From NCBI GenBank assembly GCA_963828255.1, contig CAWHDZ010000040.1:32001-96000 (forward strand): a stretch of 64,000 nt of DNA. The letters are read 5' to 3'. Below are positions 29,933-38,880 of the stretch, piece by piece. The notes under the pieces are model-generated. The model searched no databases and was not told the DNA's origin. It saw only the letters and a list, made by a program, of their open reading frames with translations. The stretch is from an uncultured delta proteobacterium (GTDB lineage Bacteria; Myxococcota; Myxococcia; Myxococcales; Anaeromyxobacteraceae). Numbering within the stretch: position 1 is the first letter of the stretch; each line of letters opens with the position of its first letter. The position numbers were made by a program, and so were the translations under genes.

Positions 29933-32394
29933 GGCGGCAGGTTCATGCGGGAGAGGAGGGCGGCGTAGCGGGGGGCGCCGCGCAGGGAGCGCAGGAGGGG
30001 ATCGCCCTTCACCTCGAGTGCAAGCCCGCTGTCCCGGTGCTCGAAGGCCCGCTCCAGCCAGCCCATGGCGAGGTCGGTCTCGCCGCGCCAGGCGTGGACC
30101 TCGGCGATCTGGAAGGCCGCGCCGTGCTCGTGGGTCCGGATGAGCTCCTGCAGTGCCGCCCGGGATTCCGGTTCGCGCCCCAGGTCGTGGTAGGCCAGGG
30201 CGGCGCCCATGGTGCGCCAGAGGGGCTCGGTATTGCGCTGGGACGCGGCCAGGGCCTCGGCCGGCTTGCCCGCGAGCAGGTTCATCACCGACAGGTGGCG
30301 GAGCGCCAGCCGGTTGTCGGGGTCGATCTCCAGCGCCCGGGCGAGCGCCTTTCCGGCGGCCGGCAGGTCCCCGTTCATCATCTGGAGGAGCGCCATGTCG
30401 GTCCAGGCGTATACGTAGAGGGGATCCCGGTCGGCGACCGTCCGGAGCGCGGCCACTCCCTCGGGGATGCGGCCGTTGGCCCCCAGGTACCAGGTCCCGT
30501 AGCGGCGCAGGGTGTCGGTCTGGCGCGGATTGAGCTCGAGGGCGCGCTCGAAGTCGGACTTCACGCCCGGCCAGTCCCAGAGGATCCCGGCGCGGACGAA
30601 GCCGCGCGCCCCGTAGCCGTCGGGAAGGTCGGGAGCCAGCGAGACGGCCCGATCGGCGGCCTCGACGGCGCGGCGCTTGAACTCGGCGACCTCGGCCGCG
30701 GACTCCCGGTAGTCGGCCGAGGCCGCCAGCGCCACCGCCAGCCCGGCCCAGGCGGGCGCGAATCCCGGGTCGGCGGCGATGGACTTCTCGTACGCCGAGA
30801 TGGCGCCGCGGAAGCCGTCGCTGGATCCGCGGCTGTAGTAGAGCTGGCGCCCCAGGAGCAGCTTCTCGTAGGCCTCCGGGACCGAGGTCCTCCGCTCGGG
30901 CTGGGCAGCCGACCGTCCGGGCGCGAGCTTCACCCGCAGTGCCTGGGCCACGGCGCGCGCGATCTCGTCCTGGATCGCGAAGACGTCGGTCGCCTCCCGG
31001 TCGAAGGTCTGCGACCAGAGCTGGTACCCGTCCTTCACGCCGACCAGCTGTGCGGAGACCCGCATGCGCGGTCCCGACTGCCGGACGCTGCCGTCGAGGA
31101 CGGCGTCCACGCGGAGATCCTGGCCGATCCGGGAGAGCGGCACGTTCCCGCCCCGGAAGGTGAAGGAGGAGGTACGGCCGGCCACGCGGAGGCCGTCCAC
31201 CTGGACGAGCGCGTTCAGGATCTCCTCGGCAAGGCCGTCGGCGAAGTGCCCCTGGTCCTTCCCGGACGAGAGGTCGGTGAAGGGGAGGACGGCCACCGCC
31301 GGCACGCTTCCGGCCGGCTGGAACCAGTCCTGCCCGGGGGACTGGTCACGCCGGAGGAACCAGGCGCCGAAGGCGACCAGCGCGGCGACCGCCAGCGCTC
31401 CCGCAGCGATCCAGGCGCCCCTGCGCGCAGACCTCGGGCGGGGAGGGGGAAGGGAGCCGGAGCCTCCCGAGCCCTCGACCTGCCGGAGGACGGGGGTCAG
31501 CGCGGCCGCGACCTCGGCGGCGTCCCGGTACCTGTGCACCGGATCCTTGGCCAGCATCCGGGCCACCACCGCGGAGAGCTCGGGCGCCTCCGGCGCCTCC
31601 AGCGCCCGGGCCGGGCGGCTTCCCATGGCGGAGCGCCCCTCGTCGTCCGGGAAGGGCGGCTCGCCGGTCAGCATCCTGTAGAGCATCACCCCGAGTGCAA
31701 ACACGTCGGTCCGCTCGTCCTCCGGCGCCCCCCGCCACTGCTCGGGCGCCATGTAGGCCGGCGTTCCGCCGTCCACCTTCCGGCGCCCGAAGGCCTGCGC
31801 CATGCCCAGGTCGAGCAGCTTCACGTGGCCGTCGTCGCAGAGGAAGACGTTTCCGGCCGAGAGGTCGCGGTGGACGATCCCGCGCGCGTGGGCATGGGAG
31901 AGGCCGCGCGCCACCTCGACCGCGATCCGCAGGGCCTCGGCGAGCGGCACGGGGCGCGTGGAAAGGCGCTGCGAGAGCGTCTCCCCGTGGAGGAGCTCGA
32001 GGACCAGGTACGGGCCGTACGCGCACCGACCCACGTCGTACAGGGTGACGATGTTGGGGTGGGAGAGCCGCGCCGCCGCCTCGGCCTCGCGGAGGAGACG
32101 CTCCTCCCGCGCCGACGGCTTCACCGAGCCCTGCAGGAGCTTGAAGGCCACCGACCGGCCCAGCTCCTGGTCGAGCGCCTCGTAGACGACGCCGAAGCCG
32201 CCGCGACCCAGCTCCCGGACGATCTCGAACCGACCGATCAGCGTTCCGGTTCCGGGCGCGGGGCGCCAGGCCCCCGCGTCGGACGAGCCCGGGCCGTCGG
32301 GGCTGACCAGGTCCTCGAGGAGGGACGAGATTCCGCCGGCCCGGACGCTGGACCCCGAGCCATCGCCTGCCTTCCCGTCGTCCGTCGACGCCAT
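29929..32394 (-). CDS. Membrane Ser/Thr protein kinase with TolB-like and TPR domains
   Basis: LGRGGFGVVY, VAFK, HPNIV, HRDLSAGN, DLG, GTPAYMAPEQ; TM helix; AVLPF..LS...FADGLAEEILNAL module; TPRs. Confidence 0.92.
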   Translation of the reverse strand: MASTDDGKAGDGSGSSVRAGGISSLLEDLVSPDGPGSSDAGAWRPAPGTGTLIGRFEIVRELGRGGFGVVYEALDQELGRSVAFKLLQGSVKPSAREERLLREAEAAARLSHPNIVTLYDVGRCAYGPYLVLELLHGETLSQRLSTRPVPLAEALRIAVEVARGLSHAHARGIVHRDLSAGNVFLCDDGHVKLLDLGMAQAFGRRKVDGGTPAYMAPEQWRGAPEDERTDVFALGVMLYRMLTGEPPFPDDEGRSAMGSRPARALEAPEAPELSAVVARMLAKDPVHRYRDAAEVAAALTPVLRQVEGSGGSGSLPPPRPRSARRGAWIAAGALAVAALVAFGAWFLRRDQSPGQDWFQPAGSVPAVAVLPFTDLSSGKDQGHFADGLAEEILNALVQVDGLRVAGRTSSFTFRGGNVPLSRIGQDLRVDAVLDGSVRQSGPRMRVSAQLVGVKDGYQLWSQTFDREATDVFAIQDEIARAVAQALRVKLAPGRSAAQPERRTSVPEAYEKLLLGRQLYYSRGSSDGFRGAISAYEKSIAADPGFAPAWAGLAVALAASADYRESAAEVAEFKRRAVEAADRAVSLAPDLPDGYGARGFVRAGILWDWPGVKSDFERALELNPRQTDTLRRYGTWYLGANGRIPEGVAALRTVADRDPLYVYAWTDMALLQMMNGDLPAAGKALARALEIDPDNRLALRHLSVMNLLAGKPAEALAASQRNTEPLWRTMGAALAYHDLGREPESRAALQELIRTHEHGAAFQIAEVHAWRGETDLAMGWLERAFEHRDSGLALEVKGDPLLRSLRGAPRYAALLSRMNLPP

Positions 32395-32563
32395 CCGAAA
32401 GGGCCCCCCGAAGGTCCGGCAGAGTAGCAGCGCGGCCCCACCCGGGCCAACCCGACCGGGTATTTCCTCATCCTGGAGATTGATTGGCATCAATTCTTGC
32501 CTCCCGGTTGTCCGAAGTGAACCGCATCCGCTGTCTTCATGGGGCGGAGGGGTCTGGATCGCC

Positions 32564-33157
32564 ATGGAGCACTTGAAGGACGAGTCCACGACGGGGCAGG
32601 GCGCCGAGGCTCCGGACGGTCTCCGGGAGAGGGAGGACCGCGACTACCTCCAGGCTTGTCGGCGTGTCCTCGCCGCTGGGGTCCTCGCCCGCGACAGGGC
32701 CGAGGTGCTCGCCATCGAGCCGGGGAGGTGGCCGCGGGGCGCGGTCCACCTGAGGGACCGGATCGCCTCTCCCGGCCCCGGCAACTCCCCGGACGCCGAG
32801 CTCGAGATGCTCGACCACGGTCTGGAACTCCAGGCCGGCCTTTCCGAGGCGGTCGAGCAGCTCATCGGGCAGGACGACCGGCTCGCCGAGGCGCTCCTGC
32901 GCCTCCAGCTCGACTGCGCCCGGGTCCGCTACGTCTTCGAGGAGACGGCGATGCGCCTCCGCGAGGATCCGCTTCGCTTCGCCCACTCGGAGAGCCACGG
33001 CCGGTTGCTGATGCGCCTCTCGGATGCCAGGGTCGGGCTCCGCGCCGGGAGGCCGGACGAGGTCCGCGCCCTCGTCGCCGCCTTCCGCGCCGACCTCGAG
33101 GAGCACGCGCGAACCATGGACGCGAGGGCCGGGCGAGTCGACGGGGAGAGGTCCTAG
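32564..33157 (+). CDS. Hypothetical protein with a degenerate hemerythrin-like C-terminal domain
   Basis: VFEETAM...AHSESHGRLL...EEHARTMD resembles the HFxxEExxM / HxxxH / HIxxxD pattern. Confidence 0.5.
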   Translation: MEHLKDESTTGQGAEAPDGLREREDRDYLQACRRVLAAGVLARDRAEVLAIEPGRWPRGAVHLRDRIASPGPGNSPDAELEMLDHGLELQAGLSEAVEQLIGQDDRLAEALLRLQLDCARVRYVFEETAMRLREDPLRFAHSESHGRLLMRLSDARVGLRAGRPDEVRALVAAFRADLEEHARTMDARAGRVDGERS

Positions 33158-33222
33158 CGGCCCGGGGAGCCGCCGGATCGATTGTCGCCCGGCCCACGCC
33201 CCTGCTAGGATCCCGGGACCGA

Positions 33223-33579
33223 ATGCCCGATGGCTCCGACAACAAGCGGCGGGCGAGCCGCCTCCAGCACGAGTTGCCGGTGGCGTACCGCAGCGTGGGG
33301 AGCTTCCTCACCGACTGGGCCACGGACATCAGCCAGGGTGGCATGTTCATCAACACCAGGACCCCGCTTCCGGTGGGGACCGACGTGAAGATCCTCATCC
33401 AGCTCCCCACGATCGAGTCGCCCATCGGCCTCTCCGGAAAGGTCACGCGCGTCATCGGGGTCGACGCCAGGGCCCGCTCGACGCCGGGGATGGGCATCCA
33501 GTTCACCGACATCGACCCCTCCAGGCGCGAGCAGCTCGAGACCCTGGTGAAGCGCCTGCAGCGCGACCTCGGTTCCTGA
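33223..33579 (+). CDS. Single-domain PilZ protein (myxobacterial type)
   Basis: RRASR (RxxxR) and DISQGG (DxSxxG) c-di-GMP motifs; GMGIQF. Confidence 0.88.
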   Translation: MPDGSDNKRRASRLQHELPVAYRSVGSFLTDWATDISQGGMFINTRTPLPVGTDVKILIQLPTIESPIGLSGKVTRVIGVDARARSTPGMGIQFTDIDPSRREQLETLVKRLQRDLGS

Positions 33580-33585
33580 GAGCCC

Positions 33586-34899
33586 GTGCCCGATCGGATC
33601 GAGATCGACGACCTGGCCCCGGGAGGCGAGGGGGTGGCGCGCATCGGCGGCCGCCCCGTGTTCGTCCCGTTCGCAGCGCCCGGCGACCTCATCGAGGTGG
33701 AGATCTCGCCCGGCGAGGACGCCGCCCACCCGGGCCCCGGCAGGCTGCTGCGGGCCGGGCCGGACCGGGTCGATCCGCCCTGTCCCCACTTCGGGCCGGG
33801 GCCGGACCCGGACCGGCTCTGCGGCGGCTGCGAGTGGCTTCACCTCCGGTACGACCGGCAGCTGCGCGAGAAGGAGCGGGGGCTCACGGAGGCGCTCCGG
33901 CGCATCGGCCGGCTCGAGCCGGGCTCCTACCCGCTGCTCCCCATCCTCCCGTCGCCGGAGCCGCTGCGTTACCGGTCGCGTGCCAAGTTCCACGTCGATC
34001 GCGACGGGGAGCGGCTGGTCTTCTTCCGGCGGCGCTCGCACCAGCCGGTGCAGCTCCGCACCTGCCACCTCCTCGAGCCGGGTCTCGACCGGCTGCGGGA
34101 GGAGTTCGGCCCCGCCCTGGCGCGGGCCCGGCTGCGCCCGGGCGAGGTGGCGCTGGAGTGGTCGGTCCACGCCGGCCGGGGCTCGGCCCTGCTGCGCGGG
34201 ATCGACGTGGGGGAGGGGACCCGGCGCCGCTGCCAGGAGCTCCTCGACGCGACCCCGTCGATCTCCGGCGTGGTCCTCGAAGGGGACGGCGACGGACGGC
34301 GGGGACGGCCCGTGGCGGTGGTCGGGGATCCCGTGCTCCTCCACGAGCGGGCGCCGGGCGATCCGGCGGCGGGGCTGGCGCGAAGCCGCCCCGACATCTT
34401 CCAGCAGGCGAACCGGGGGGCGAACGCCCGGCTGGTGGCGGCGGCGCTCGCCATGCTCCGCCCCGAGGGGGAGGACGTCCTCGAGCTCTTCTGCGGGTCG
34501 GGCAACTTCACCGCTCCCCTGGCGCAGCGGGCTGCGTCGGTCGCCGCGGTGGAGGGGCAGGGGCCGGCGCTGGAACTCGCCCGCGCCGGGCTGTCGGGTG
34601 GCAACGTCCGGTTCTTCGCCGGGGACGCGCTCGCCATCGCCGGCGCGCTCGGCCGGGAAGGGCGGAGGTTCGGCGCGCTGCTCCTCGACCCGCCGCGCGA
34701 CGGGATGAAGGGGCTCGGTCCCCTCCTGCGGGACCTCCGGGCGCCGAGGGCGGTCTACGTCTCCTGCGACGCGGCCACCCTGGCGCGCGACGTCCGCGGC
34801 GCGGTCGCCGCGGGGTACCGGGTCGCCGCGGTGCAGCCGGTGGACATGTTCCCGCAGACCCACCACGTCGAGGCCGTGGTGCTCCTCGAGCAGGCATGA
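33586..34899 (+). CDS. TrmA/RlmD-family RNA uracil-C5 methyltransferase
   Basis: TRAM domain, CPHF..CGGC, FQQAN, ELFCGSGNF, DPPR, YVSC, DMFPQTHHVE. Confidence 0.93.
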   Translation: MPDRIEIDDLAPGGEGVARIGGRPVFVPFAAPGDLIEVEISPGEDAAHPGPGRLLRAGPDRVDPPCPHFGPGPDPDRLCGGCEWLHLRYDRQLREKERGLTEALRRIGRLEPGSYPLLPILPSPEPLRYRSRAKFHVDRDGERLVFFRRRSHQPVQLRTCHLLEPGLDRLREEFGPALARARLRPGEVALEWSVHAGRGSALLRGIDVGEGTRRRCQELLDATPSISGVVLEGDGDGRRGRPVAVVGDPVLLHERAPGDPAAGLARSRPDIFQQANRGANARLVAAALAMLRPEGEDVLELFCGSGNFTAPLAQRAASVAAVEGQGPALELARAGLSGGNVRFFAGDALAIAGALGREGRRFGALLLDPPRDGMKGLGPLLRDLRAPRAVYVSCDAATLARDVRGAVAAGYRVAAVQPVDMFPQTHHVEAVVLLEQA

Positions 34900-36015
34900 C
34901 CGCGCGGGGTCCGAGGGAGGGCCCTCGGGGCCGGGGACCCGTCGCCACCTGGGCGGCGATGCTCCTCGCCGTGGCGCCGCTCCCGGGCATGCAGGACGTC
35001 CCGATCCGGTTCATCGCCGAGAACGCCGGGGCCACTTCGCCGACGCGGCTGACGCCCGAGGGGCTGGCCTTCGAGGTGACCCAGTGGGTCGGGCTCTTCC
35101 TCCCCCTCCCGGGCGCGGAGCTCCTGGAGATCGACTACCGCGTCCGCGGGATCGTCCTGCTCACCTGGGGATCCTCGGACGGGAAGTCCATGCCGGCTCC
35201 ACATTTCCCCCCCTGGCACCACGAGGTGCTGAAGCAGGGGGTGGGGCGGGCGACCATCGATCTCCGGACCACCGCCGGCTGGAGTCCGGACCGGTTCCCG
35301 TTCCTCTTCTTCGAGGGGTCGGGCGACGTGGTGCTGACCGGGATCCGGACCCTCCCGCCGAAGGGGGGTCGGGAAGATGCCGTCCGGAGGCGCGACGAGG
35401 CCATCCGCTTCGCGCCCCATCCGCATCGGCCACAACACCATCAACTTCCTCGACCCGCCGGTGTGGAGGCTGTCGACGCGCACCTCCCTCTTCGAGCTGC
35501 TGGGGGTCGCCTTCACGGTGCTCGCCGTGGGTGGATCCCTGGCATGGCTCGCCATCCGGCGGCGCTGGACTCCCGTGCCCTTCCTGGCCGTGGCCGGGGT
35601 GGCGGTCGCGCTCCTGGGCGACGGGATCTTCCTGGTGCGCATCTGGCCTTCGCTGGCGCTCCGTCCCCGGACCGACGCCGGCGAGCGTCTCCGCGAGAAC
35701 CTGCACTTTTCCCCGGCGCTGGGGGCGCTGACTGCTCTCGCCCTCGAGTCGGTCGGGCCGGGCGAGCGGGTGGGTGTCCAGGCGGGACCGAACGACTGGT
35801 TCGGCTGGGAGACCCTCTGCTTCCACCTGGCGCCGCGGCCGTGCGTGCGGGTGCTCCCGGCGGCCATGGTCCACGAGGGACTGCCGGGGACCGGGCGTCT
35901 CGCGGCCGACCAGCTCGACGTCGTGGTCTACCTGCACCCCGGGACGCCGCTCCTGCCCGGCTTCTCCCCAGTGGCCTCCATCGGCCCCGAGGCCTTCGTG
36001 GCGCGCCGCCGATGA
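34896..36015 (+). CDS. Hypothetical membrane protein; apparent +1 frameshift in the C run at 35415-35418
   Basis: ATGA overlaps at both ends; removing one C joins ...EAIRFAP to IRIGHNTINFLDPP..., giving one ORF with a soluble domain, 2 TM helices and a C-terminal domain. Confidence 0.6.
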
Positions 36016-37448
36016 GCTTCCTCCTCGCCGCCGCGGCCATCTGCGCCTCCGGGTACGCGCTCCTCCGTGCCATCGGGCTCGCCACCGGCCGCCCGTCGGT
36101 GGATCTCCCGCTCTCCTGGTTGGCAGGTGGCGCCTGGGTCGGCCTGGCCTCGTTCACCGCGCGTGGATTGCTGGGGATCCCGTCCGGCCCGGCGACGGCG
36201 ATCGTGGTTCTGGCCCTCCCGGTGGCCGGCTGGGCCGTCGCCCGCCAGGGGGGGCGCTGGCCCGGCGCATGGGGCGACGGTGGGGACCGGGGCGGGGCCC
36301 GGTGGCTGCCGCGCCCGGCCTGGCTCTTCGCCCCCATGGCCGCCTGGACGGCCGCGGTCGCGATGGCCGTCCTCCTCCACGGCCTCGCCACGCCGGTGCA
36401 CACCGACGACTCCTACCGGGTCCGCGCCCTGGCGCCCATCCTCGCCGCCACCGGCGCCTGGAACGACGCGGCCCGGGACGCCATCGCCGTCGCCGGCCCG
36501 GTGCCGACCTACGTTCCGTCGCTGGCCTGGGTGCTCGGGGCCGGGATCGACCCGGTCCACGTGAGCGCGTCGGTCGTCCTCACCTTCCTGGCGCTCCTCT
36601 CGCTCCTCGTGGCGCTGGGGTCGGAGCGGGGCGCCCCGGAGGCGGGCTGGGGCGCCGCCTTCGCGATCACATCCATGCCCTTCTTCGACTACCACGCCGC
36701 GTCGACCTACGCCGACGCCTGGCTGGGCATGTTCCTGGCCGCCGCGTTCGCCTTCCTGGTCGCCTTCGGGAAGAAGGGTGCGCCCGCCGACGCGGGGCGG
36801 ACCATGTTGCTCGTCGTCGGGGCGGCCCTGGTGAAGCGGGAGGGGGAACTGCTGGTGCTCCCGGTGGCGGCGGTCCTCCTCGCGCAGGTGGCCTGGAGGG
36901 AGCGCACGGCCCGGGGGACGCTGGGCCGGATCGGCGCGATCCTCGGCGCCTACCTCCTCCCGGTGGCGGCGCGGGTGGCGGCGGTGGGAGCGGCAAGCGC
37001 CTTTCCCTTCCTGCGCGCCGCGGCCGAGCGGTCGGTCGCGGCGGCGCCTGCGGTCTCCGCCACGGCGCCCGGGGCCGTCGCGCCCGGGGGCCCCGGAGCG
37101 GGCGCGATCCTCCTGCGGGCCATGTTCACCGATGGTGATCTGGGGATCCTCTGGTGGGTCTTCCTGGCATCCCTGGTGCTGCTCGCCCCGCGCCTGCGCC
37201 GGGAGGGGCTGGTCTGGGCGCTCCTGGCCCTGGGCCTCGTGCTGGCCGAGACCGTGGCCAGCGCGCTGTGGCTCTACCCCGAGTTCACCCTGAACGGCGG
37301 GACCGTCCACCGGTCGCTGCTCCCCGTATCGGCTGCGGCGGCGGTCTGGCTGGCCTGGCTGCTCGGGTCCCCGATCACTCCACCCGTCCGTCCCGAAGCC
37401 GCAACTGGAAGGCGATCGAGGAAGGCACCTCGTCGTCGTGGTGGGTGA
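36012..37448 (+). CDS. Polytopic membrane protein, GT-C fold glycosyltransferase-like
   Basis: About 12 TM segments; acidic loop HTDDSY, YAD and VKREG motifs typical of GT-C enzymes. Confidence 0.6.
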   Translation: MSFLLAAAAICASGYALLRAIGLATGRPSVDLPLSWLAGGAWVGLASFTARGLLGIPSGPATAIVVLALPVAGWAVARQGGRWPGAWGDGGDRGGARWLPRPAWLFAPMAAWTAAVAMAVLLHGLATPVHTDDSYRVRALAPILAATGAWNDAARDAIAVAGPVPTYVPSLAWVLGAGIDPVHVSASVVLTFLALLSLLVALGSERGAPEAGWGAAFAITSMPFFDYHAASTYADAWLGMFLAAAFAFLVAFGKKGAPADAGRTMLLVVGAALVKREGELLVLPVAAVLLAQVAWRERTARGTLGRIGAILGAYLLPVAARVAAVGAASAFPFLRAAAERSVAAAPAVSATAPGAVAPGGPGAGAILLRAMFTDGDLGILWWVFLASLVLLAPRLRREGLVWALLALGLVLAETVASALWLYPEFTLNGGTVHRSLLPVSAAAAVWLAWLLGSPITPPVRPEAATGRRSRKAPRRRGG

Positions 37449-38829
37449 CCAGGACCACCGGACGGCCGGAGCGGCAGAGCGCGTCCACGAGCGCCATGGT
37501 CTCGGCGCGGGCGCGCGGCTCCAGCCCGGAGAAGGGCTCGTCGAGGAGCAGGACGTCCGGGTCGACCGCCAGCGCGCGGGCGAGCAGGAGGCGGCGCATC
37601 TCCCCGTAGGAGACGGACCGGATGCTCCGCTCCGCCAGGTGGGCGGCACCGACCGCCTCCATCCAGGCCAGGGCGGACCTCCTCTGCGCCCCGGTCGGCG
37701 GCCCGGAGAGGCCGATGCTCCCCTCGAAGCCGGACAGCGCCACCTCGAGGCCGGTGGCGTCGCCGCGGTGGCGCGCCTGCAGGTCGGGTGAGACGATCCC
37801 GACGCGGGCCCGGACCTCACGGACGTCCGCGCGCGGCCCCAGGTCGAGCCGCTGGATCCGGCCGCCGGGGGCCAGGTGCTCCTCGCCCAGCAGCAGCCGA
37901 AGGAAGGTGGACTTGCCGGCGCCGTTTGGCCCGCGGACGGCCCAGCTCTCGCCGCGGCGCATGCGCCAGTCGAGGTCGCGGAGCACCCGGCGGCCGTCCA
38001 CCAGGACGTCGCCCCTGACCTCGAAGAGCGGATCGGGAGGGATGCGGAGCCGGACGGAGGGGAGGGGGGGCGCGGGGGCCCGGGCCAGGCGGCTCCGCCA
38101 CTCCGCCGCGACCTCCTCCAGGCCGCCGGAGAGGACGATGCACCCGTCCTCCAGGACTGCGGCGTGGCGCGCCTCGGGGATCACCTCCTCGATCCGGTGG
38201 GTGGCGAGGACGGTGGGCGCGCCGCCCCGGGCCAGCCCGGAGACCACGTCGAGAACCATCGACCGGGAGGCGGCGTCGAGGCCGTTCACGAACTCGTCGA
38301 GCAGGAGCGCGCGGGGCCGGGGCGCGAGCGCGCGCGCGAGCAGCGCCCGCCGCGCCTCCCCGGTCGAGACCTCGACCATGGTCCGGCGCCGCACCGCCGA
38401 GAGCCCGAGCAGGCCGATGGCGCCGTCCACCGCGGCCTCCCGGGCCGGGTCGAGCCGGCCGCCCGGCCATACACCGTCGGTGAACCCGCTGCGCACCACG
38501 TCCTCCAGCGGGACGGCCCACCCGCGGCGCAGGTAGGCGTCCTGGGCCTCGGCGGAGACCAGGGCGATGCGCTCCCGCGCCCCGATGGGGCTCTCGCTCG
38601 CGCTCCCGCCGAGATGGAAGGTCCTCCGCCCGCGGCTCCCGGGGTGGGGCCAGGCCTCGCCGCGCAGGAGCCGCAGCAGCGTGGTCTTGCCCGCCCCGTT
38701 GCCTCCGAGGAGCGCCCAGCTCTCCCCTTCGCGCAGCGTGAAGGAGATGCGCCGGAGCAGCGCCCGCCCCCAGAGCCGGACGTCCACGTCGTCGAGTGTG
38801 ACCAGGGGATCGCCCAACGCGATCTTCAT
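37375..38829 (-). CDS. ModF-like ABC ATPase with two ABC domains
   Basis: GGNGAGKT / GPNGAGKS Walker A, VSTGE / VSYGE signatures, LLLDE twice; overlaps the convergent gene by 74 bp. Confidence 0.88.
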   Translation of the reverse strand: MKIALGDPLVTLDDVDVRLWGRALLRRISFTLREGESWALLGGNGAGKTTLLRLLRGEAWPHPGSRGRRTFHLGGSASESPIGARERIALVSAEAQDAYLRRGWAVPLEDVVRSGFTDGVWPGGRLDPAREAAVDGAIGLLGLSAVRRRTMVEVSTGEARRALLARALAPRPRALLLDEFVNGLDAASRSMVLDVVSGLARGGAPTVLATHRIEEVIPEARHAAVLEDGCIVLSGGLEEVAAEWRSRLARAPAPPLPSVRLRIPPDPLFEVRGDVLVDGRRVLRDLDWRMRRGESWAVRGPNGAGKSTFLRLLLGEEHLAPGGRIQRLDLGPRADVREVRARVGIVSPDLQARHRGDATGLEVALSGFEGSIGLSGPPTGAQRRSALAWMEAVGAAHLAERSIRSVSYGEMRRLLLARALAVDPDVLLLDEPFSGLEPRARAETMALVDALCRSGRPVVLVTHHDDEVPSSIAFQLRLRDGRVE

Positions 38830-38880
38830 GCCCGAGTCCGGCCGGAGGCGCAACGAGGCTCCGCGCGCTACACTGTCTCC

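Noticed and set aside
32485..32500. Sigma54 -24/-12 promoter (TGGCATCAATTCTTGC)
   Set aside because: Spacing is GG-N11-GC rather than the strict N10; viable only if an extra base is a sequencing error, so it is not listed as a feature.
33024..37448. 1474-aa plus-strand ORF
   Set aside because: Chimera of an off-frame read through the PilZ and methyltransferase genes with two real genes (34896-, 36012-), joined by the frameshift at ~35416.
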